A DNA stretch of 64,000 nt, taken from assembly GCA_051439605.1 (NCBI GenBank), contig JBFRWN010000075.1, positions 1-64,000 of the forward strand. The letters run 5' to 3'. The notes below the pieces were generated by a model. That model saw only the letters and a list, made by a program, of their open reading frames with translations, searched no databases and had not been told where the DNA came from. Made by a program: the position numbers and the translations under genes. The DNA is from Synechococcus sp. (GTDB lineage: Bacteria; Cyanobacteriota; Cyanobacteriia; Thermostichales; PCC-7336). Positions 1-9,549 of the stretch are shown here, one piece after another (position 1 is the first letter of the stretch; the number at the start of each line of letters is the position of its first letter).

Positions 1-510
1 ATCTGACTAGGCTTTCCCTTTTCAACAATCAAATCAGCGAGATTCCCGAGGCGCTCGCCCAGCTGTCCAATCTGACTAGGCTTGACCTTTCCAACAATCA
101 AATCAGCGAGATTCCCGAGGCGCTCGCCCAGCTGTCCAATCTGACAGAGCTTTACCTTTCCAACAATCAAATCAGCGAGATACCCGAGGCGCTCGCCCAG
201 CTGTCCAATCTGACAACGCTTGTCCTTTCCGACAATCAAATCAGCGAGATTCCCGAGGCGCTCGCCCAGCTGTCCAATCTGACAGAGCTTTCCCTTTTCA
301 ACAATCAAATCAGCGAGATTCCCGAGGCGCTCGCCCAGCTGTCCAATCTGACAACGCTTGACCTTTCCAACAATCAAATCAACGAGATTCCCGAGGCGCT
401 CGCCCAGCTGTCCAATCTGACAGAGCTTTACCTTTACAACAATCAAATCAGCGAGATTCCCGAGGCGCTCGCCCAGCTGTCCAATCTGACAACGCTTGAC
501 CTTTCCAGAA
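1..510 (+). repeat. Tandem 69-bp coding repeat (LRR units), 7 full copies plus 1 partial, probably continuing left of the window
   Basis: Units start at 1, 70, 139, 208, 277, 346, 415 and 484. The core aatcaaatcagcgagattcccgaggcgctcgcccagctgtccaatctgac is nearly invariant. Confidence 0.98.
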
Positions 511-2822
511 ATCCTCTCAACCCGATTGTGCAAAGTGCCTATTCAGGCGGCATTAAAGAGCTTTTTGCCTATCTGAAGAGTTTGCAAAACCCTCAGGAGG
601 TTGAAACCATCCACGAAGCCAAACTGGTCTTAATTGGCGAAGGGGATGTGGGAAAAACCACGTTACTCAAAGCTCTAACAGGTAACGATCCTCAAGCGGG
701 GGAACAAACCACCCACGGCATCAGTATCGACATTCAGGCGCTCCGGTTGCCCCATCCCGACCAACCCGACACCCAACTCAAGTTCAACGCCTGGGACTTT
801 GGCGGACAAGAGGTGTATCGGGTCACCCACCAATTTTTCTTTAGCAAGCGTTCGGTTTATCTGCTGCTGTGGGAACCGCGTCGAGGGGTGCAGCAGTGTC
901 AGGTGGAAGACTGGCTCAACATGCTGCGCCTGCGGGTGGGCACAGAAGCCCGCGTGATTATCGTCTCCACCCACTGCAAAACAGGAGAGCGCATCGCCCG
1001 CATCGATAAACCCGTCCTCAAGCGCGACTACAGCGACATGATTGTCGACTTCCTCGAAGTCGATAGCCTGGTCGATGACCCCGACACGGGCGAAAAAGTC
1101 GGCATCGCCACCCTTAAACGAATGATTGCTGCCACTGCCAAAACCTTTGACCAAATGGGAGCCAAGCTCAACCGGGCCTGGTGTGCATCGCGGGACGAAC
1201 TGTTGGCTGTGGGCGAACCGCGCATTGCTTACGATGACTTTGCCACCGTTTGCCAGCGTTACGGCCTCAGCCCCATTGCCACCCGCACCCTAGCCGACCT
1301 GATGCACGACCTGGGCTACATCGTGTACTACGGCGACGATGACTCGTTGAAAGATGACGTCGTTCTGCAACCGGAATGGCTCACCAAAGCGATCGGCTTC
1401 GTCCTAGAAGATCGCACCACCCAGGAAATGGACGGCATGTTGCCCGACAGTCGCCTCAAAGACGTCTGGCTCAACCATCCCTTCACTAACGAACCTCGCT
1501 ACAGCCCAGAACTCTATCCCTTCTTCCTCCGTCTGATGGAAAAATACGACGTCTCCTACCGTTTGGAGGACGGCACGGGTAGCCTGGTCTCGCAGCACGT
1601 GCCCCAGGTGCGCCCTCTCTTGCCCTGGCTGCCAGAAGAAGAGCCCGAACCGAACCGCCGTCGCATTGCCATGGTCTGCGTCATGGAAGAATCACCGCCG
1701 GGGTTAATTCCCTGGATGATTGTGCGCACCCACGAGTACATCTATCAACGCCCCGAAAACGACGGTAAAACCCACCGACTGCACTGGCAAAAAGGCATGT
1801 TTTTGCGCAATAAAGGCCATGGTGAAGCCATGCTGGAACTGCGCGATCGGGAACTTCACCTCTATACCGAAGCCGTTTGGCCCGAATATTTCACCACCAT
1901 TTTGCAGCAAACGCTGCACACCCTGATTACCGATACCTGGCCCGGACTCAAAGACCGCTATTACTTTGCCGTTCCCTGTCCTACCCAACGCAACAATAGA
2001 GCCTGCATGGGTCGGTTTGAAATTAGCGCCCTGCGACAGTTTCTGGAAGAAGGGGATACTCACTACCGCTGTCAGTTTTGCCGCACCCGTCACGAAATTG
2101 TGGACTTACTCTACGGATTTGAAGACGAAACTACCCGCGAACAGCTCAGCCGTATTGAAACCAAAGTCGATCGCGGTTTTGCCGAAATCCAAGACAACTT
2201 AACCGAGTGGGACAGCCGCATTGCCAACTACACCATGGGCATCATGCGGGCCATTGCCAACGAAGCCAAAGCAGGCCCTCGCCTATTTACGCTGGAACCT
2301 GTAGACGGCAACTGGCGACGGCTCTTTGACAAACGCTATCGCCTGCATCTGTGGTGCGAAGCCGAAAATTGCCAGCACCGCGTTCATCAGGCCAACTTAG
2401 GCGTCTACGAGTTCGATGCCCCCCGCGACTGGGTGACCCAAGTTGCGCCCTACGCCAATTTGGTCTCGCGGGTTCTGAAAACCGTGCTGCCCCTCGCTGT
2501 TCCCGCCGCTAACCTTTACTTCGGCGAAACCATCATGGACGACTGGGCCATACAGCAGTCCCTGGATGCCATGAAAGAAGCCACGAGCACCTTGCTCGAC
2601 GGAGAATTGGCTAGCGCTGAAGCCGGTCGCTTCAAAGATGGTCTACTCAGCGAAGCCGAGCGATCGGGCATCTTGGCTCTACATGCCTTCCTGCGCAAAG
2701 AAGATCCCCAGCATCAGCGGTTAGGACTGAAGCGCATGCCAACCTACACAGGCGACTACCTCTGGCTTTGCGAAACACACTATCAAGCCGCCCAACCGAT
2801 CATCCCCGATCGCATTGAATAG
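3..2822 (+). CDS. LRR-Roc-COR (Roco family GTPase), 5' end outside window
   Basis: The frame is open from base 3 through 23-aa LRRs (LTxLxLxxNQISEIPEALAQLSN). It continues into a Roc P-loop (GEGDVGKTT), WDFGGQEVY, a COR region and C-terminal Cys/His motifs (CQFC, LWCE, WLCETH). The ORF-track start at 528 is internal. Confidence 0.93.
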   Translation: MTRLSLFNNQISEIPEALAQLSNLTRLDLSNNQISEIPEALAQLSNLTELYLSNNQISEIPEALAQLSNLTTLVLSDNQISEIPEALAQLSNLTELSLFNNQISEIPEALAQLSNLTTLDLSNNQINEIPEALAQLSNLTELYLYNNQISEIPEALAQLSNLTTLDLSRNPLNPIVQSAYSGGIKELFAYLKSLQNPQEVETIHEAKLVLIGEGDVGKTTLLKALTGNDPQAGEQTTHGISIDIQALRLPHPDQPDTQLKFNAWDFGGQEVYRVTHQFFFSKRSVYLLLWEPRRGVQQCQVEDWLNMLRLRVGTEARVIIVSTHCKTGERIARIDKPVLKRDYSDMIVDFLEVDSLVDDPDTGEKVGIATLKRMIAATAKTFDQMGAKLNRAWCASRDELLAVGEPRIAYDDFATVCQRYGLSPIATRTLADLMHDLGYIVYYGDDDSLKDDVVLQPEWLTKAIGFVLEDRTTQEMDGMLPDSRLKDVWLNHPFTNEPRYSPELYPFFLRLMEKYDVSYRLEDGTGSLVSQHVPQVRPLLPWLPEEEPEPNRRRIAMVCVMEESPPGLIPWMIVRTHEYIYQRPENDGKTHRLHWQKGMFLRNKGHGEAMLELRDRELHLYTEAVWPEYFTTILQQTLHTLITDTWPGLKDRYYFAVPCPTQRNNRACMGRFEISALRQFLEEGDTHYRCQFCRTRHEIVDLLYGFEDETTREQLSRIETKVDRGFAEIQDNLTEWDSRIANYTMGIMRAIANEAKAGPRLFTLEPVDGNWRRLFDKRYRLHLWCEAENCQHRVHQANLGVYEFDAPRDWVTQVAPYANLVSRVLKTVLPLAVPAANLYFGETIMDDWAIQQSLDAMKEATSTLLDGELASAEAGRFKDGLLSEAERSGILALHAFLRKEDPQHQRLGLKRMPTYTGDYLWLCETHYQAAQPIIPDRIE

Positions 2823-2856
2823 CTTTTTGGCCAGCCCCCAAACCACCTGCATCTGT

Positions 2857-2884
2857 AAAAAAGGGAGCCCCGAAGAGGCTCCCT
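2857..2884 (-). terminator. Intrinsic terminator for pgk (lies between convergent genes)
   Basis: Stem agggagcc/ggctccct, with an A6 run on + that gives a U-tract on the minus strand. Confidence 0.75.
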
Positions 2885-2942
2885 AACTTCTAACCCCCCT
2901 CAAAGTCTTGAGGAAGGTTTCATCTGAAGCTAAATCCCAACA

Positions 2943-4160
2943 CTAGGCATCAGCTAGAGCGGCAATGCCGGGCAGGGTCTTACCTTCTAGGAGTTCGAGG
3001 CTAGCACCACCGCCGGTGGAAATGTGGCTCATTTGGTCTGCGACACCGACTTTTTCAACAGCTGCTACAGAGTCACCACCACCAATGATGGTGACGGTGC
3101 CACCAGCGGTTAAACCGGCCAACGTGGTGGCGATCGCTTCGGTGCCCTTGGCAAATTTATCGAATTCGAAAACCCCCATGGGGCCATTCCAGATCACAGA
3201 ACCGCAGTCTGCCAGTGCAGCTTGGAAAGTCTTGATGGAATCGGGACCGATATCCAGACCCATCCAACCATCAGGAATGGCATCCACACTCACGGTCTGA
3301 GCATTAGCATCGGGGGCAAAGTTATCAGCCACAACCACGTCGGTGGGTAACAGCAGCTCTACACCACGCTCTTTTGCCTTAGCTTCCAGAGCCCTAGCCA
3401 GCTCCAGTTTGTCCTCTTCCACCAAAGACTTGCCGACGCTGAGGCCGCGAGCCTTGTAGAAGGTAAAAATCATGCCACCACCAACAAACAGCTTGTCCAC
3501 TTTCTCTAGCAAAGTTTCGATGACGCCGATTTTGCTGGAGACTTTGGAACCGCCAACAATCGCCACCAGAGGACGTTTGGGCGCTTCGATAGCCCCTTGC
3601 AGGAACTGCAGCTCCTTCTCGATCAAGTAGCCCGCTACAGAAGGGGAGAGGTATTCCGTTACGCCAGCGGTGGAAGCGTGGGCGCGGTGGGCGGTTCCGA
3701 ATGCATCGTTGACATAGAAGTCTGCGACGGAAGCCAGGGATTTGGCAAACTCGGGATCGTTTTTTTCTTCACCAGCGTGGAACCGAACGTTTTCCAGCAA
3801 AACTACATCGCCGTTGCTCATGGCATCAACGGTTGCTTTGACTTCATCGCCGATGCAGTCGCTGGGCTTCTTGACCTCTTGGCCTAGAACTTCGGAAAGA
3901 CGGGCTGCAACAGGTGTCAGGCGCATGCTTTCGTTCACCTGACCCTTGGGACGGCCGAAGTGGCTGGCTAAAATCACCTTTGTGCCTGCGCCAGTCAGGG
4001 CATTGATGGTGGGCAGTGCAGCACGGATACGGGTATCGTCGGTAATGTTGCCCGCATCATCTAAGGGAACGTTAAAATCTGCACGAACTAATACTTTTTT
4101 ACCTGCCAGGGTGCTTGCATCGGGGCCGTCTAAAAGTTTGGCCAGAGAAAGCTTAGACAT
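2943..4160 (-). CDS. pgk: Phosphoglycerate kinase
   Basis: [29 protein letters not shown] and STGGGASLE motifs. Confidence 0.98.
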   Translation of the reverse strand: MSKLSLAKLLDGPDASTLAGKKVLVRADFNVPLDDAGNITDDTRIRAALPTINALTGAGTKVILASHFGRPKGQVNESMRLTPVAARLSEVLGQEVKKPSDCIGDEVKATVDAMSNGDVVLLENVRFHAGEEKNDPEFAKSLASVADFYVNDAFGTAHRAHASTAGVTEYLSPSVAGYLIEKELQFLQGAIEAPKRPLVAIVGGSKVSSKIGVIETLLEKVDKLFVGGGMIFTFYKARGLSVGKSLVEEDKLELARALEAKAKERGVELLLPTDVVVADNFAPDANAQTVSVDAIPDGWMGLDIGPDSIKTFQAALADCGSVIWNGPMGVFEFDKFAKGTEAIATTLAGLTAGGTVTIIGGGDSVAAVEKVGVADQMSHISTGGGASLELLEGKTLPGIAALADA

Positions 4161-4358
4161 GTTTTAAATACCCCTACTGTTATGACTTTTAACATTCGAC
4201 AGTATTCTACCGGACCCTGCCTCCCGTTCTGATGTCTCCTACCGAACGAGGAGGAATTTCGTCGCTTCATATCGCGCTCAGCAGGTGGGAGGTATACCAT
4301 CGGATATCCTTCCAACCCACAAATGGGATTCGATAGGGCGTGATTGAGTAATGTCGCT

Positions 4359-5423
4359 ATGCCATCAAGTTTCAGCGGTCGCCGTTTTTTTCGCCGTCGC
4401 TTTTTGCAATGGGGGGCATTGGCCTCTGGAACAGTGATGGTTGGCGCTGTTATGCTTCCCAACGATCCAGCCACTGCTGTTACCGTGGATGGCAGTTGGC
4501 CCCTACTGGACCTATCGGATTTTTCGCAACCTCTCCCAGAGCATTGGGTAACCCCGATTGACGATTTTTACGTGCAGTCGGCCTTTGCTACCCCTGACGT
4601 CAATCTTGAGGAGTGGCGGCTGGCTATCTTCGGCTTAGTTACCGATCCCCTCACCCTCTCGCTGGCAGACATTCAGGCCGAGCCAGCCGAAGAGGTGTAT
4701 TGGACGCTGGAATGTATTGGCAATCAAGCGGGGGGAGAGCTAGTGGGGAATGCCCGCTGGCGGGGGATTCGTCTGTTGCCGTTGCTGGAACGGGTGGGCC
4801 TGTTGCCGCAGGCTACGGCGTTTGCCCTCAGGGGGGCCGATGGCTACGAGACAGGAGTACTGCGGGAGGAGTTATTGCATGCAGATGTGTTTTTGGTCTA
4901 CGGGATGAACGGGGAGCTGTTGCCCATCGACCATGGCTATCCCCTGCGCATTTTGATTCCTGGCAAGTACGGACAAAAACAGCCCAAGTGGATATCGGAG
5001 ATTGAGGCGATCGCCCAGCCGATTAAAGGGCACTGGGAACGGCAGGGGTGGTCCGACCGAGCGAATATCCTCACCCACGCACTATCGCGGCAAGTGCAAC
5101 AGGAGCGAGTGTCTATCCGTAACCGTAGGTTAAAGACTCCCCCAGGCCAGGTTGTAATAGCGGGTATGGCGCTAGCCAGTCAAACCGCCATCGATCGCGT
5201 AGAGGTCAGTCAGGATGGGGGCAAAACATGGGAAGTAGCTGAGCAAACTCGTCCTCCAACCCCCTACGAGTGGACGGTGTGGCGCCACCGTTGGGAGTTT
5301 ATGGCTGGACAGTACCGGTTAATGGCGCGGGCGATCGCCGGAGAAGATATCCAGCCCCTAAATGACGTGATTCCACTAGACGGGAATCAGGCAGTGTTAA
5401 CCCTCGATCTGACTGTCGGGTAG
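4359..5423 (+). CDS. Tat-exported sulfite-oxidase-family molybdopterin oxidoreductase
   Basis: Twin-arginine signal (FRRRFL), Moco-binding Cys in LECIGN, and HGYPLRILIPGKYGQKQPKW. ATG 4359 preferred over TTG 4344. Confidence 0.85.
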   Translation: MPSSFSGRRFFRRRFLQWGALASGTVMVGAVMLPNDPATAVTVDGSWPLLDLSDFSQPLPEHWVTPIDDFYVQSAFATPDVNLEEWRLAIFGLVTDPLTLSLADIQAEPAEEVYWTLECIGNQAGGELVGNARWRGIRLLPLLERVGLLPQATAFALRGADGYETGVLREELLHADVFLVYGMNGELLPIDHGYPLRILIPGKYGQKQPKWISEIEAIAQPIKGHWERQGWSDRANILTHALSRQVQQERVSIRNRRLKTPPGQVVIAGMALASQTAIDRVEVSQDGGKTWEVAEQTRPPTPYEWTVWRHRWEFMAGQYRLMARAIAGEDIQPLNDVIPLDGNQAVLTLDLTVG

Positions 5424-5453
5424 CGGCGATCCACCCTTTCTCTCCCCTGCTAA

Positions 5454-7400
5454 CTACCAATGGACTCGCAGTTGTTGAGACTCTAAAAAGTGCCGCACTT
5501 CAGCTAGCTGGTTGGGGGTCGCCAAGTTTGTCAGTGGTCTTGTGTTTAAGGGCTTTGGTTGAGCAATTTGGTAAGCGGCGATCGCACCGGCAGCCCCCCC
5601 GATACTCCATTCCCCATAGTGGGTACGAGTGGCAGCATTCACGATATGGGTGACAGCAATACTTTTGCCACCCATCAACAAGTTGTCCACTTGTTGGGGA
5701 ATCATGGCCTCCAACGGCACGTAAATTGGCTTGACGACATACTCGTTGACGGGGGCCGAGCCTGCTTCTCCAGACGGCTCCCAGTTGCGATAGCGGCAGC
5801 CGTGAATATCGATCGCGTAGTTGGTTACGGCCACAGCTTTTTGGGCAAAATCGCGCCCTCCTGACAGGTCGTAGCGAATATCCTGCTCCCGCAGCATGAA
5901 CGATGTATCGTCGTAGGCTGGGCGTCCTAAAATTCTGCGTCCTTCGCGAATGTAGGGATACATGCTCAACCCAGAGGCTGTTTGTAAGGGGCCGTTCCTA
6001 CCTTTGAGTAGTGTCAGTGGGCGATTGGGGCTGGAGTGGTGGGTCATGAGCCACTCGGCAAACAGCAAGGCGTGGTTTTCCCCCTGCCGCAGTGCATCGA
6101 TATTGAGTCCCCCTAGCCAGTTGCGATCTTGGCCAGATACTTTTAGTTGCTCTGAGCTTAGCAACAGGGGGGGATTCATCAAGTTCCAGTCATTGCCTCG
6201 ATTCCAGTTGATCGCGGTCATGTCCCCGAGTCCCGGTGTGCCGACTAGGGGATCGCTACCGCTGATGCTAACGATGCGTCGATAGTGAAACAGGCTGCGA
6301 CCCGAAAACAGGTTAAACCCACTCAAAGAAAAATCGCGGCGGTGTTCGGCTTTGCTGTATCCGGTCGGCAGCTGGGCCAGTTCGGCTAGCGATTGCTGGT
6401 TATCTGGCGCAATCGCCAACACGAAAGGAAACGTAAACGCCTGCGTGCAATCGGGGTTATCTGCTACCGCATGGGGCTCACCGGTAGTAGCCTGACTCTC
6501 GGCACCCAGACGGTGAGGAAGATTGGCCCATCCCACCAGCTCGCCGGTATCGGTGGCATCAATGATAATGAAGGGGCGATCGGCAGGGGGGCGCAATTCA
6601 ATGGCGGTTTTCTCGAATACGTCATCCGATTCCCAGCCATACCAACGATGCAACTCTCGCGAGAGACGACCCTCAGGTAGGTAGTTCTCTGCGATCGGGG
6701 TTCTGGCCACGGCGTAAATGGCGGTGATGCGATCGCCCTCGGCATTAAACTCCGCCCCCTTGAAAGCAGTGGATGTGCGCCACCGGCTGTCGGGGGCCTG
6801 TTGGCGGTTGGATTCCAACAGGTGTTGCGCAGCGAGATGACCTGCCTGGGGTGGAAAACACAATTCCCCCACCCAGCAGCTATTGATATCGGCAACTTCT
6901 GCAGATGGAACACCTGTCACCGCTTCCGGAAGATCGACAGTTTGGTTGTGCAGCAGTTGCTTGAACTGATTCCAACTAGCTGAGAAATTCTGCCGCTGGC
7001 GCATCACCAGCGACTCGTCAATTGCCGAGACCCCCTGGGAAGACATTTGCCCCCCCAGCCAAGGGGTGAGCTCGATGACACAAGTTTGGGCACCAGCCTG
7101 CATGGCATGGGCGGCAGCCGCCACCCCTCCTAGCGACCCACCAATGACGACAACCTCGCAGATCCATTGTTGGCGATCAGTGGGCAGTGGAGCCAGTCGG
7201 GATCCAGCTTGCTCTTGGGAGAGTGAATCGGCCTGTCGGTTCAGCTTTCTAGCTGTCAGCGGTGGGGAATCAGTGAGTTGAGTCAATGCGTCTTGTTGCG
7301 GAAATGGCTGTTCTGGCTCCCTCTGATGCCAGAGCGCCCATTGCGTTCCAGCGATCGCAGCGATCGCGCTGGCCATCAGCAGCCATTTGCCCTGTTGCAT
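5454..7400 (-). CDS. FAD-dependent oxidoreductase with N-terminal hydrophobic anchor
   Basis: VVIGGSLGGVAAA Rossmann motif, IDATDTGE, PYIREGRR and VNAATR. Confidence 0.85.
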   Translation of the reverse strand: MQQGKWLLMASAIAAIAGTQWALWHQREPEQPFPQQDALTQLTDSPPLTARKLNRQADSLSQEQAGSRLAPLPTDRQQWICEVVVIGGSLGGVAAAAHAMQAGAQTCVIELTPWLGGQMSSQGVSAIDESLVMRQRQNFSASWNQFKQLLHNQTVDLPEAVTGVPSAEVADINSCWVGELCFPPQAGHLAAQHLLESNRQQAPDSRWRTSTAFKGAEFNAEGDRITAIYAVARTPIAENYLPEGRLSRELHRWYGWESDDVFEKTAIELRPPADRPFIIIDATDTGELVGWANLPHRLGAESQATTGEPHAVADNPDCTQAFTFPFVLAIAPDNQQSLAELAQLPTGYSKAEHRRDFSLSGFNLFSGRSLFHYRRIVSISGSDPLVGTPGLGDMTAINWNRGNDWNLMNPPLLLSSEQLKVSGQDRNWLGGLNIDALRQGENHALLFAEWLMTHHSSPNRPLTLLKGRNGPLQTASGLSMYPYIREGRRILGRPAYDDTSFMLREQDIRYDLSGGRDFAQKAVAVTNYAIDIHGCRYRNWEPSGEAGSAPVNEYVVKPIYVPLEAMIPQQVDNLLMGGKSIAVTHIVNAATRTHYGEWSIGGAAGAIAAYQIAQPKPLNTRPLTNLATPNQLAEVRHFLESQQLRVHW

Positions 7401-7523
7401 ATCTACAGCACCCGATTCAATCCTCAGCCACCGCAGACAATTTTGCCTCTTGATTGCTGCCGTGACCCAAAGTCCATTGCAGCCAACATAATCGACATTA
7501 ATCCAGAGGAAAGGAACAAGCGG

Positions 7524-9335
7524 GTGAAACAGGGAATCAAGCTTTGGGGCCGATTACTGGTGGTGATGTTGTGCTTTGCATTGGCTGCACTCCCCCACAA
7601 GCTTGCCGCACAGCAGACGGGTAACCCCATCACCGATAGCCTCAGCGAGATCGCTGGCCCCCTTCTGGACACCTTTAGTGCCCGTATCGAGACCCAATGG
7701 GTCATGCTGGATGGCCGTCGAGTGGTGTTGGTGGCTGCTCCAGCTATTTCCCAGGCCACTTTGGAGGATAGTTCGCCAGTGGCAGAACGGGCTGATGAAA
7801 TTCAACGGCAACTGCGGAATATCGCCAGGGATGTGGTGGAGGGAAGCTTACCTGCTCAGGTTAACGCCACCCCCTATTCGGACGAGTCAACCCTCTACGT
7901 GATCGATGTGGCCGATCGCTATTTAATGAGCGTTACCCCTTGGGATGCCCAGGCATCCGGAATCCAAAGCATCGAGGCCGCAGCGGCGATCGCTGCCAGG
8001 GATATTCAACAGGCATTAGACCGGGCGGTGGAGGAGCGCAAGCCCACTTACCTCAGGAAAGCCAGCATTTATTCGGTCAGCATCGCTATCGCTGTCACGA
8101 TCCTAACCTGGCTGTTGTCCCGCTTGCGAGGGGTCTTGCGGCAAGCCTTTTCGGCTCGGTTGCAGGGGTTCGCAGAAGCGGTACCGCTACCCACTGCCAC
8201 CAAAACTCTAGAGGAAGCATGGCCGGAAGAGATTGACGAACAACAGGAAGCCGAGCAAGCAGCCGCCCAGCAGCGGTGGAAAGTCCAGAAGAACCGCCTG
8301 CGGCTGCTCCAAGACCTACTCGGCGTTGTGCTGCAGGTGGTGCAGTGGGGAGCCATTATCTGTGGCAGCTTGATCGTCCTGAATTTCTTCCCGCAAACCC
8401 GTTACATCAAAACCTCCATTAGCGACTGGCTGACAGAATCTGCCCTAAAAGTGCTGCTATTGGCAATCGGTACTTATGTTTTGTTCCGACTCAGCTTGGT
8501 GGTGATTGACAGCCTATTTAGCAGCTACAGCCAAAGAATTCATGGGGGAACGTCCACCCGTCTAGGACGTCGTCTAAAGACATTTTCAGGCATCTTGAAA
8601 AGCGTAGCGGGGACGATCGTTCTATCCGCTGGTATCTTGCTATTTCTCCCCACTATCAATGTTGATGTGGGGCCAATCTTGGCTGGAGCTGGCCTGATTG
8701 GTTTGGCAGTGTCGTTCGCCTCTCAAAGCCTTGTGAAAGATGTCATCAACGGCTTCTTTATTTTGCTAGAGGACCAATTCAGTGAAGGGGATGTGATTGC
8801 CACCGGGGATTACGCTGGAGTCGTGGAGGACCTCAGCCTACGGGTTACTCGGTTGCGCAGCGCCGATGGCAATCTAATTGTGGTGCCAAACAGCTCAATT
8901 TCAGTCGTGGAAAATCTTACGAATGGCTTTTCTCGGGCCAATTTAGGCATCGACATTGCCTACGACACCGACCTTGATTTTGCAATCGCCACCATCGATC
9001 GCGTTGCTCAGGACATGGCGCAGGATGCTGATTGGCAAAAGGCGATCGTCCAGCCTCCCCAAGTATTGGGGGTGGACAACTTTGGGGACAACAGTATCAC
9101 TATCCGGCTGTGGATCGACACGCAACCCCTAAAGCAATGGTCGGTGGGGCGGGAGTATCGTCGCCGCCTGAAATACGCCTTCGATCGCTGCGGCATTTCA
9201 ATTCCGTTTCCTCAGCGTTCGATCTGGTTTGAAACCCCGCTGAATACCCAGAATCGGCAATTAAGCGAATCGGAACTCCAGCAGCTGATCGAACAGCGCC
9301 AGCGATCGCTGGACTCCCGCACTAATCCCTCATGA
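7524..9335 (+). CDS. Small-conductance mechanosensitive channel (MscS family) with large N-terminal domain
   Basis: GAGLIGLAVSFASQSLVKDVING, EDQFSEGD and IPFPQR. The start is estimated at GTG 7524 because the longer ORF overlaps the opposite gene. Confidence 0.88.
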   Translation: MKQGIKLWGRLLVVMLCFALAALPHKLAAQQTGNPITDSLSEIAGPLLDTFSARIETQWVMLDGRRVVLVAAPAISQATLEDSSPVAERADEIQRQLRNIARDVVEGSLPAQVNATPYSDESTLYVIDVADRYLMSVTPWDAQASGIQSIEAAAAIAARDIQQALDRAVEERKPTYLRKASIYSVSIAIAVTILTWLLSRLRGVLRQAFSARLQGFAEAVPLPTATKTLEEAWPEEIDEQQEAEQAAAQQRWKVQKNRLRLLQDLLGVVLQVVQWGAIICGSLIVLNFFPQTRYIKTSISDWLTESALKVLLLAIGTYVLFRLSLVVIDSLFSSYSQRIHGGTSTRLGRRLKTFSGILKSVAGTIVLSAGILLFLPTINVDVGPILAGAGLIGLAVSFASQSLVKDVINGFFILLEDQFSEGDVIATGDYAGVVEDLSLRVTRLRSADGNLIVVPNSSISVVENLTNGFSRANLGIDIAYDTDLDFAIATIDRVAQDMAQDADWQKAIVQPPQVLGVDNFGDNSITIRLWIDTQPLKQWSVGREYRRRLKYAFDRCGISIPFPQRSIWFETPLNTQNRQLSESELQQLIEQRQRSLDSRTNPS

Positions 9336-9549
9336 GACGGAGTTCCCGTGCTAACCCCAGAGGCTTTTCTTGGCTAGGGTCCCCAGGGCAAAGGGGAATG
9401 GCTTGCTGTTGCACAATGCTCTGGCAGCACAACCGTCACAACACACCATCAGCATAGGAGCTCGGGCATCGCCAACCCTTTCCCCACCTTCAGATCGGTC
9501 ATAATAAAAGGACACAGAGACAACTCTCGCTAGCAACCCGTCTCCCTGA

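Noticed and set aside
1..510. CRISPR-like periodic repeat
   Set aside because: The period is 69 bp (23 codons), in frame with the Roco ORF, and there are no unique spacers. It is a coding LRR array.
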